Below, one piece after another: positions 6,964 to 14,077 of a stretch of DNA of 16,000 nucleotides (its first letter is position 1; each line of letters opens with the position of its first letter). The notes below the pieces were generated by a model. It was given only the letters and a program-made list of their open reading frames with translations, was not told where the DNA came from and did no database searches. The translations under genes were made by a program, and so were the position numbers. The stretch covers positions 1,367 through 17,366 of the forward strand of contig QNAI01000066.1 in the NCBI GenBank assembly GCA_003641745.1. Reading direction: 5' to 3'. This DNA is from Verrucomicrobiota bacterium. Lineage in GTDB: Bacteria; Verrucomicrobiota; Verrucomicrobiia; Opitutales; Opitutaceae.

Positions 6964-8301
6964 TCAAGCATCGTCCGCATCAGAGGGGGTGGGACCGAAG
7001 TACCGGGCAAAGAACTCCCTGCACCTGCTCAGAGCCTCAGAGTTCGTTTCATCAGCGATCGCGTTTCGGGTTTCCCCCGGGTCGTTTCTCAGATCGATCA
7101 ACTGCTCCCGGTTTTCGCCTGAATCGTAGAGCATGTACTTGTGGTCCTTGGTTACGATCATCCTGCCGATTTCGTTCTCCATCGGGATGAATTCTCGTGT
7201 GGCAGGCAGGGACTTTCTTTCGGCCAGAGGGCGGAGCGACACACCTATTCGGTCAGCTGGTGGTTCTGCACCCGCGTAGTCGCAGAGTGTGGGCAGCAGG
7301 TCCAATCCGTTTGAAACGAGATCGGAGCATACACCCTTCGATGTGACGCCAGGCTGACTGATGATCAGCGGAACCCGGCAGGCTTCCTCGTAAAATACGG
7401 TCTTGTGCTCCAGTTTGTGGGCGGAATCGTGGTCACCGTGGTCGCTGGTGAAGATCACCAGGGTGTTGTCTTCCTGCCCGCTGGCGCGCAAGGCTTCGAG
7501 AACACGGGCAATCTGTCTGTCCACCATTTCGGTCAACCGGGCATACGCCCACCTGTGCAGTCGCCACTGCTTGTCGCTGTAGTGGGCGCGGGCCTTCTTC
7601 TTGAACGGACTCTTCTCAAGAAAGTGACTGATCGCTTCCGGTTCGTCCTCCTGCGGTTGGTGGTTCTCCGGCAACGGTGGACAATGTTCGCTGAAGAACT
7701 CGTCTTCGCTGACCCCTTCAGGCCGGCGAAGCGCCCGGTCCAGGTTGGTCATCTCGATCTGACCACGGTCGATCAAGTCCCTTTCGCGGTCCGATGCGGC
7801 AAAATCGCGGATGGCCATATAGCAAATGTCGTGGGGATTGATGAACGACGCGCAGAGGAAAAACGGCTGGTCTCGTTCCTTCCGGATGTAGCGTGCACAT
7901 TCCTCTGCGAGTTCGTCGCGTTCATCCCTGCAAATGAAATCAAAGCCGATCTCCTCGGGGGTCATTCCGGGCAGGTGGACCTTGCCACCGTAGGCGGGTT
8001 TATACCCCGCGCTGCGCATCTGCCATCCCAATCCTGAGTCGCGGATTTCCCGGGAGACGGAGTCGATGTGTTGGATGTCGCAGGACCGGAGCCCGATCTC
8101 GCTCGGCATCCTTCCGGTCATCAGGCTGAAGCGGGATGGGACGCAGACCGGATTTGCGCTGTAGGCACGATCGAATCTGGTCCCGGTTGCCGCCAAGCTG
8201 TCGATAGCCGGCGTTCTAAGGAACCGATTCCCGGCGCAACTCATCATCGAGGCGCTCAGCTGGTCCGCGAGAATCAGAAGGATATTTGGTCGGGCCTGCA
8301 T
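6964..8301 (-). CDS. Formylglycine-dependent sulfatase (arylsulfatase family), no signal peptide apparent
   Basis: 445-aa ORF. The N-terminal PNILLILADQL, the sulfatase signature CVPSRFSLMTGR (C-x-P-x-R) and LVIFTSDHGD are diagnostic of type I sulfatases. The protein begins MQARPNILL directly at the conserved core. Confidence 0.9.
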   Translation of the reverse strand: MQARPNILLILADQLSASMMSCAGNRFLRTPAIDSLAATGTRFDRAYSANPVCVPSRFSLMTGRMPSEIGLRSCDIQHIDSVSREIRDSGLGWQMRSAGYKPAYGGKVHLPGMTPEEIGFDFICRDERDELAEECARYIRKERDQPFFLCASFINPHDICYMAIRDFAASDRERDLIDRGQIEMTNLDRALRRPEGVSEDEFFSEHCPPLPENHQPQEDEPEAISHFLEKSPFKKKARAHYSDKQWRLHRWAYARLTEMVDRQIARVLEALRASGQEDNTLVIFTSDHGDHDSAHKLEHKTVFYEEACRVPLIISQPGVTSKGVCSDLVSNGLDLLPTLCDYAGAEPPADRIGVSLRPLAERKSLPATREFIPMENEIGRMIVTKDHKYMLYDSGENREQLIDLRNDPGETRNAIADETNSEALSRCREFFARYFGPTPSDADDA

Positions 8302-8332
8302 TATAGTTGGGTCTTTGTTGGGTTCGCAGAGT

Positions 8333-9169
8333 TCACTTCCGGCAAACCGCGATCAGGTGGGTGCCGGTATCCCAGCATCCGGGTTGTCGGCAGGTCTCTT
8401 TTTCAAGCCTCAGCAGTTCGTTCCAATTAGGCGGAATTTCCATAATCTTCTCGAGTTGCTCTCCCATATTGACCGAAAGGAAGTTGGCAGAGGACATATC
8501 GAGGATATGCAGGTGGCTCCGTTCGAGAAGGTCGCGGTATTCCTGAGATCTGAACATGTGACAGAAGTGCTTGTTGTTCGGGTCCGTATGGGGAGTTACA
8601 TCCCCAGATTCCAGAATCGTATCGATCTGATCGGATGTGAGATACATGATCGATGGAAGAAACGCATGAGCAGCTCCCCAGACCGACATGACGCTGGAGA
8701 AGAATATCCCGCCGTTCTTCAGGACTCGGCAGCATTCTCCCAATGCTTGATCGGCCTTCTCAAAAACATAGCTGAGCGGTCCTCCGTAACAGACGACGGC
8801 GTCGAAATCTCCGTCCAGGAAGCAGGCCATATCGCACATGTCGAGTCGATGCCAGTCTTCGATGCCCGAAGCAAAACCGAGTTCTTCCGCCTTCTTTCTG
8901 TTCAAGGCAAGCTGGCCTTCCGAGAGGTCCGTGACGGTAACGCGGCAATTGAGTTCGACAAGAATCCGGGTGAATCGACCGGCTGCAGCGCCGACCTCCA
9001 GTAATTTCATTCCGGGCTCGACGTGTTCCCGAAGAAATTCGGTGTGCAGGTGCAGGCTGATCCTGTCTTGGGGGGTCCGGACAAGCCGTTCCCATTCCTT
9101 CTCTCCGTGTTCGTCGAAGAATCGGGATACATCCTCCGGATCGTATTTGTATTCCTTGGGCATCCTCAT
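8333..9169 (-). CDS. Class I SAM-dependent methyltransferase
   Basis: 278-aa ORF. Motif I is LLEVGAAAGRFT, followed by VTVTDLSEGQL (acidic loop) and DAVVCYGGPLSY (motif II/III region). It ends 31 nt upstream of the sulfatase gene. Confidence 0.85.
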   Translation of the reverse strand: MRMPKEYKYDPEDVSRFFDEHGEKEWERLVRTPQDRISLHLHTEFLREHVEPGMKLLEVGAAAGRFTRILVELNCRVTVTDLSEGQLALNRKKAEELGFASGIEDWHRLDMCDMACFLDGDFDAVVCYGGPLSYVFEKADQALGECCRVLKNGGIFFSSVMSVWGAAHAFLPSIMYLTSDQIDTILESGDVTPHTDPNNKHFCHMFRSQEYRDLLERSHLHILDMSSANFLSVNMGEQLEKIMEIPPNWNELLRLEKETCRQPGCWDTGTHLIAVCRK

Positions 9170-9247
9170 CGCTTTTCCATTTTGTGGAAGTTTGCCGGTT
9201 CTGAGAGCTGTGATGCCGAGAGAACCTGAAGCGGTTGTTGTTCCGAG

Positions 9248-9670
9248 TCACTCATCGAAAGCCCAGTCGTCGATGATCGCCAACTCGGCTTCCGTGACCT
9301 CCGTGTCCGGATGGATCAGGAGATAGCTCTTGAGCGGCATGTACCCGTCCGCGATTTCGTCGTAGGTTTCCTCGGTCTTTTTGGTCCGCTTTTTGGCACT
9401 GTAATTCCCCCAATCAGAGTAGTTCAACTCCTCGCGTCCCTCCTGGATGTGGTCCGCGATCCACCAGGAAACAGGAGCGACGTAACTGTACCATGGCCAG
9501 ATCGTTTCGTTGGAATGGCAGTCGTAGCATTTTGCCTGCAGGATCGTTTTGACCGGTTCTGGGCCATCAAAATCCGCGGTGACTTCCGGATTCGATCGGT
9601 CGGGCTGAATGAATTGAATGACCGCAGTCAGGGCTGCCAGGCCAATCAGAGATTTGGTGATGATCTTCAT
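9248..9670 (-). CDS. Heme-binding domain protein (Haem_bd / PF14376-like), membrane anchored
   Basis: 140-aa ORF with an N-terminal hydrophobic anchor and a CxxCH heme c motif (CYDCH) in the context CHSNETIWPWYSYVAPVSWWIADHIQEGREELNYSDW, which matches the conserved core of this family as I recall it. Confidence 0.8.
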   Translation of the reverse strand: MKIITKSLIGLAALTAVIQFIQPDRSNPEVTADFDGPEPVKTILQAKCYDCHSNETIWPWYSYVAPVSWWIADHIQEGREELNYSDWGNYSAKKRTKKTEETYDEIADGYMPLKSYLLIHPDTEVTEAELAIIDDWAFDE

Positions 9671-9721
9671 GGTGTCGGGTGATTGATCATCCTTTGGACT
9701 TTCTCCCTGTCTGTCAGGCGA

Positions 9722-9738
9722 AAATTAGGGAAATTAGG
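9722..9738. promoter_or_regulatory. Tandem AAATTAGG direct repeat in a divergent promoter region
   Basis: aaattagg at 9722-9729 and again at 9731-9738 (9-nt period), in the 157-nt region between the divergent heme-binding-domain and b562-like genes. Candidate regulator site; no experimental basis. Confidence 0.3.
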
Positions 9739-9827
9739 TTGATCTCCGCTTGCAGATCTGCGTTTCATTTCGCGGATCGACCTGAGTCGATTCAAATCCT
9801 GTTCTCGTCTATAACCATGACTTATTC

Positions 9828-10271
9828 ATGACCAACTACCGCTGCTTTCTGACCGCCCTTGCCTTGATCATCTGTCTGCCCATCGCCCGGGCCGAGCATC
9901 ATGAGAAGGAAGAGGAGAAGACGCCGCTTGGAGAGGAAATGAGCGCCATTAACAAGGCGTGGCGCCAGATCAAAAAGCAGGCCGAGGATGTGAGTCAGAA
10001 TGAGGAGACCCTGAAACTTCTGGACCAGGTGATTGAAAACTGCAAAACCGCGGTGGACATGGTGCCCATCCTCAGTGAGGAGGTTTCTGAGGACAAGCGG
10101 CCTGCTTTCATCGAGGCCTATAAGAAGGAGATGATGAAGCTCGACAAGCAGTTTGAGTCACTCAGGAGCGCTCTTGAAGCCGGCGAAAACGGGAAGGCCC
10201 AGGAACTCATCAAGAAGATCGACGACTTTAAGAAGAAGGGGCACAAGGACTATAAGCCCGAGGATGATTAG
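9828..10271 (+). CDS. Secreted four-helix-bundle protein, cytochrome b562-like
   Basis: 147 aa with a signal peptide (LALIICLPIARA). The Lys/Glu-rich helical sequence has a Met near the mature N-terminus (EEMSAINKAW) and a His near the C-terminus (KKKGHKDYK). These positions parallel the Met7/His102 heme ligands of E. coli cytochrome b562 (DNMETLNDNL ... RNAYHKKYR). Confidence 0.5.
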   Translation: MTNYRCFLTALALIICLPIARAEHHEKEEEKTPLGEEMSAINKAWRQIKKQAEDVSQNEETLKLLDQVIENCKTAVDMVPILSEEVSEDKRPAFIEAYKKEMMKLDKQFESLRSALEAGENGKAQELIKKIDDFKKKGHKDYKPEDD

Positions 10272-10400
10272 CGGAGCTCCTGATAAGTTCTTTCGCTACG
10301 GGCACGGACGATCCCCCCTGCTGATGCAGGGCTGTCCGCCGGGAAGTCGCGCGGGGCATATTTGTTGACTCTCCAAAGTCTTCGCCCGATAAGAGGCCTC

Positions 10401-11396
10401 ATGATTTTTGAATCCAGAGCCTATGCACGTGCTGGTTTGCTGGGAAATCCGTCCGATGGGTATTTTGGCAAGACCATCTCGATTGTGGTCCGGAACTTCG
10501 GGGCCCATATTTCTCTATATGAATCCCCTGAACTGCATATAGAGCAACAGGCGGAAGATCAGAACATATTCAGAAATATATATCAGTTGGTGGAGTCTGT
10601 TGACCTGACCGGCTATTATGGTGGTGATCGATTGATAAAGGGCGCCATCAAGAAGTTCTGTGAGTTCTGTGATTCCCAATCGATTCGACTGCACGGAAAA
10701 AATTTCACCATAAGGTACCGATCGTCGATACCACGCCAGGTCGGCCTGGCCGGCTCAAGTGCCATCGTTACGGCCACCATCAAGGCTTTGATGGCGTTTT
10801 ATGAAGTGGAGATTGAGGATGAAATCCTGCCCAACCTTGTTCTTTCGGTGGAGACCGAAGAATTGGGCATCAATGCCGGCCTTCAAGACAGGGTCATCCA
10901 GGTTTATGAAGGTTGTGTGTTCATGGACTTTGAAAAGACCATCATGGAGTCGCAGGGTCATGGGGATTACGAACGCATTGACCCATCGCTTCTACCAAAC
11001 CTGTTCATTGCCTATAAGACAAATCTGGGGAAGGTATCCGGTGCTGTGTTCAGCGACGTGAAGGCCCGATTTCTGGAAGGAGACCCCCTTGTGGTCGATA
11101 CCCTGGCGGAAATAGCCGAGGTCGCGGCAAAGGGGAAAAAGGCCATCTTAAGTGGCGATCACGGTCAATTGGCCAAACTTGTTGATAGGAACTTTGACCT
11201 CAGGTGCAAAATATTTTCCATCAGTGAGAGCAATCGTGAGTTGGTAACCGTCGCACGGAAATGTGGAGCGTCGGCAAAATTCACCGGTTCGGGAGGATCC
11301 ATTATAGGAACCTATGAAAGTGATGAAATTTTGCGGAGTCTCATTATTAACATGAATGCCCTGAAGGCAAGGGTGATCAAACCATTCATAAACTAA
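10401..11396 (+). CDS. GHMP-family sugar-1-kinase, glucuronokinase-like
   Basis: Track ORF starts at TTG 10362. I prefer ATG 10401, preceded by aagagg at 10391-10396. The GHMP motif is IPRQVGLAGSSAIV. GLLGNPSDGYFGKTIS, GYYGG, LGINAGLQDRVIQVY, GHGDYERIDPSLLP, NFDLR and GASAKFTGSGG match motif-for-motif what I recall of plant glucuronokinase (GlcAK). Confidence 0.75.
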   Translation: MIFESRAYARAGLLGNPSDGYFGKTISIVVRNFGAHISLYESPELHIEQQAEDQNIFRNIYQLVESVDLTGYYGGDRLIKGAIKKFCEFCDSQSIRLHGKNFTIRYRSSIPRQVGLAGSSAIVTATIKALMAFYEVEIEDEILPNLVLSVETEELGINAGLQDRVIQVYEGCVFMDFEKTIMESQGHGDYERIDPSLLPNLFIAYKTNLGKVSGAVFSDVKARFLEGDPLVVDTLAEIAEVAAKGKKAILSGDHGQLAKLVDRNFDLRCKIFSISESNRELVTVARKCGASAKFTGSGGSIIGTYESDEILRSLIINMNALKARVIKPFIN

Positions 11397-11404
11397 AGGG
11401 CATT

Positions 11405-12283
11405 ATGATTAAGAAAGCAGTAATACCGGCAGCCGGACTTGGAACAAGATTTTTGCCTGCGACCAAGGCGCAGCCAAAAGAAATGTTACCCATCATTGAT
11501 ACGCCTACCATTCAATATGTGGTTCAGGAGGCGGTTGATTCGGGTATCGAGGACATTCTGATAATCAGTGGCAGGAACAAGCGGGCGATGGAGGATCATT
11601 TTGACCGGAATGTTGAATTGGAGGATCGGCTGGCCAAGGAGGAGAAGGACACGCTATTCAATGAGATTCGACATATTGCGGATATGGCAAATATCCATTA
11701 TGTCAGGCAGAAGGAGATCCTTGGATTGGGAGATGCCATATATTACGCGCGATTCCACACGGGGAATGAGCCGTTTGCGGTGTTGCTTGGTGATACGATC
11801 ATTAATTCGGTCATGCCGGTGACCCAGCAGCTGATTGATGTGTATGAACAGTATCAGGCGACAACGGTTGCGGTGGAGGTCGTGCCAAGAGACAAGGTGT
11901 CGAGATATGGGATTGTGGGCGGCGAGAAGTTGAGCGACCATATCATGGCGATCGACCAGTTCATCGAAAAACCGTCGGTTCAGGAGGCGCCGTCAAATCT
12001 GGCGATTGCCGGCAGGTATATACTGACCCCGGAGATTTACACCGCATTGGAGCAGACGCCGAAAGGCAAAAACAATGAACTCCAGCTCACTGATGCCCTG
12101 ATGAACCTTACCCATAAGGAAAAGGTGGTCTCTCATACTATTCAGGGCAAAAGATATGACATTGGCAATAAGTTGGATTACTTGAAGACAACCGTGGAAT
12201 TTGCCTTGCGCCGAAAGGAGTTCGCAAAACCGTTCTATGACTATCTGAAGAAGATCGTGGAGGAGAATGACAGGCCACTCTGA
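11405..12283 (+). CDS. galU: UTP--glucose-1-phosphate uridylyltransferase (GalU type)
   Basis: 292-aa ORF. The N-terminus KAVIPAAGLGTRFLPATKAQPKEMLPIIDTPTIQYVVQEA and the motifs RYGIV and EKP are canonical for GalU/GtaB. It starts 8 nt after the kinase stop. Confidence 0.9.
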   Translation: MIKKAVIPAAGLGTRFLPATKAQPKEMLPIIDTPTIQYVVQEAVDSGIEDILIISGRNKRAMEDHFDRNVELEDRLAKEEKDTLFNEIRHIADMANIHYVRQKEILGLGDAIYYARFHTGNEPFAVLLGDTIINSVMPVTQQLIDVYEQYQATTVAVEVVPRDKVSRYGIVGGEKLSDHIMAIDQFIEKPSVQEAPSNLAIAGRYILTPEIYTALEQTPKGKNNELQLTDALMNLTHKEKVVSHTIQGKRYDIGNKLDYLKTTVEFALRRKEFAKPFYDYLKKIVEENDRPL

Positions 12284-12364
12284 ATTATTCGAGACGGCCA
12301 ACGAGGCAAGGATATGGGTGCGTTGGGTTTCCCGGTTTTCTGCAAAACGCTTGAACAGACCCCA

Positions 12365-12512
12365 GTCTGAGAAGAAGTTCAGACAGGATTAACAGGATTG
12401 GCTGGATAGGTTTCTGAAGGCTCTGAAAGGACGGAGAAGGCGATAGGTCGTTTTTCTCTGATCATCATGATCTTCTTCTCAGACCGGATCCTGTGAATTC
12501 TGTTAATCCGTC
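12365..12512. repeat. Family-1 intergenic structured repeat, copy B (full-length arms)
   Basis: Helix P1 pairs 12365-12377 gtctgagaagaag with 12472-12484 cttcttctcagac (13 bp, perfect). Helix P2 pairs 12432-12440 with 12452-12460. The arm helix pairs 12382-12399 with 12496-12512 (17 pairs, one bulge, one G-U). An A7 run follows at 12513-12519. Confidence 0.85.
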
Positions 12513-12538
12513 AAAAAAAGTTTCGAAGGGTTAGTCTC

Positions 12539-13672
12539 CTAGAACGCCTCAACGAGTTCCACCATCTTCTCGTAGTTTCGCAACGCCAGGGCCGGCAGTT
12601 CCCGCCCATAGGGACAGGATGATGGCATCAGGACGAATCCCCGGCCGGTTCCTGATGTTCCTTCCTCGAGGGCGCGTTTGATTTTTTCCGCAAACCGGTC
12701 AGTGGGCAGGTTCTCGATGTCATTTGATTCGAGATTGCCGAAGAGGACCATGTCCCTGCCGTATCGTTCCCTTACATAGGCCAGTTCAACGTCGCCTTGG
12801 GGAGGCGGTTCGATGGGATCGAGCGCATCCGCGCCCAAGGCAGCGATATCATCCAGAATGGCCTTGAGATTTCCGTGTGAATGGATGCGGGCAAATCCGC
12901 CAAACCTCTGGATTGTCTCAACCATGGGCCTCACATACCGGCATACATACTCCCGGAACAGATATGGCGGCAGGAAGGGAGACGAGGCGTACTCCGGACC
13001 GAATATCCGCCAGAGACGACCGGGCAGTGCTTTGGCCACGGCCTCTGTCTTTGGCAGGAGGGTCGAAGCAAAGCGCTCCAGAAGTCTGTGAAAGAGGGCC
13101 TGTTCGGTCAGGGCGATCACCGTGTAGTCGGCCAGGTCAAACAATCCTGCCGCAAGGCAGAGCGGATCGGGTGTGTCGATCATCACTATTCCCGTGTCGC
13201 CCAAGGCGGTCTCCGCTTGAATGACCGCCTCAGTGGCCATCGCGCCCTTCGAATCGGGCTCGGGTATCTCCAGGAACGCTTTCAGGTCATCGACATTCTT
13301 GAGCAGCGGTTCGACGGTCCACACCGTGTCTATGCCGGGGTCGCGCCGGGTGAGTGAGGTCAGGGTACGGGTTCCGATCTGAATGCGCCTGCGGGTGAAA
13401 CGGTTCCCATCGCGCATATAGGTTTTGGCCTCCGAGATCGATTCAATCGGATCGGGTTGGATGCGGGCAAAGGAAACACCTCGCAGGACAATGCGATCGG
13501 TCTTTTCCCGGGCCAGATCAATCAACGGCCGCCAGGATGGATGGTTGAAGATGTTGAACGGATCACTGTCGTCAGGATCCTGATTCATACCGTTCAGTTC
13601 ATAGAATGAGACCGGAGGCCGATCTACCTGCTCGCCACGCAAGGTGGCCATGAGTCTTTCCCGTCGGTTCAT
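12539..13672 (-). CDS. Uroporphyrinogen decarboxylase (URO-D) family protein, probably a non-HemE paralogue
   Basis: 377-aa ORF. The N-terminus MNRRERLMATLRGEQVDRPPV is the typical URO-D/MtaA-family start and the length fits a TIM barrel. No heme-biosynthesis neighbours. Confidence 0.7.
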   Translation of the reverse strand: MNRRERLMATLRGEQVDRPPVSFYELNGMNQDPDDSDPFNIFNHPSWRPLIDLAREKTDRIVLRGVSFARIQPDPIESISEAKTYMRDGNRFTRRRIQIGTRTLTSLTRRDPGIDTVWTVEPLLKNVDDLKAFLEIPEPDSKGAMATEAVIQAETALGDTGIVMIDTPDPLCLAAGLFDLADYTVIALTEQALFHRLLERFASTLLPKTEAVAKALPGRLWRIFGPEYASSPFLPPYLFREYVCRYVRPMVETIQRFGGFARIHSHGNLKAILDDIAALGADALDPIEPPPQGDVELAYVRERYGRDMVLFGNLESNDIENLPTDRFAEKIKRALEEGTSGTGRGFVLMPSSCPYGRELPALALRNYEKMVELVEAF

Positions 13673-13848
13673 TGGTTTTATTGTGTTTTGGGTGGGGTCG
13701 CCGGATATCGTGTACCATCAGGACGTTGGTTTTGGAAAGGAATTCGGATGCCGGGCGTGGCTGACCGATCCTCGTGCACCAACATTCGTGAACTGGTGGG
13801 CTGGTATTGTTGGTCTGTGCGTGCAGGGTCCGTATCTGGTGTTCAACT

Positions 13849-13906
13849 GTAGGAGAGGCTTAATGCCTCGATGGTCTGCGTGATCGAGGCATTAAGCCTC
13901 TCCTAC
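13849..13906. repeat. Perfect 24-bp palindrome (REPIN-like inverted doublet)
   Basis: gtaggagaggcttaatgcctcgat (13849-13872) and its exact reverse complement (13883-13906) are separated by 10 nt. Each arm starts with GTAG and contains its own mini-hairpin gaggc-ttaat-gcctc (13855-13869). Confidence 0.8.
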
Positions 13907-14077
13907 TGAAAAGGCGGCGATGTAATCTCTGTTTCCGGTCAGACCTCATCGATTCATGGCTGTCCGAATACCCGTCCATCTGCTGGCAATTTGAACTTTT
14001 TCATCGATTTTCCTAAGAAAACAGCCGTTACCGTGTCTACATGGGTGAGGTGAAGAAGATTTGTCATCAGAAAAACC

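Noticed and set aside
10365-10393. Sigma-70-like promoter (TTGACT, 17 nt, GATAAG) in front of the kinase gene
   Set aside because: The -10 element would sit only about 7 nt from the ATG and overlaps the putative SD, which is inconsistent with the preferred gene model. The match is weak.
12382-12512. Integron attC site (gattaac ... gttaatc resembling R'' RYYYAAC / R' GTTRRRY)
   Set aside because: Both core sites deviate from the consensus. Copy A lacks the gttaatc half. The neighbouring genes are large and not cassette-like, and there is no intI gene in the window.
13946-14005. 19-codon minus-strand ORF (MKKFKLPAGWTGIRTAMNR) with an upstream AGGA, and the 79-aa plus ORF 13644..13883
   Set aside because: There is no conservation evidence available. 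The 79-aa ORF overlaps the URO-D gene start and runs through the palindrome. Both are most likely chance ORFs in a promoter region.
13994-14020. ECF-type autoregulatory promoter (GAAC at 13994-13997) upstream of the sigma gene
   Set aside because: There is no convincing -10 element (CGT/TC-type) at 16-17 nt spacing. It cannot be called from sequence alone.
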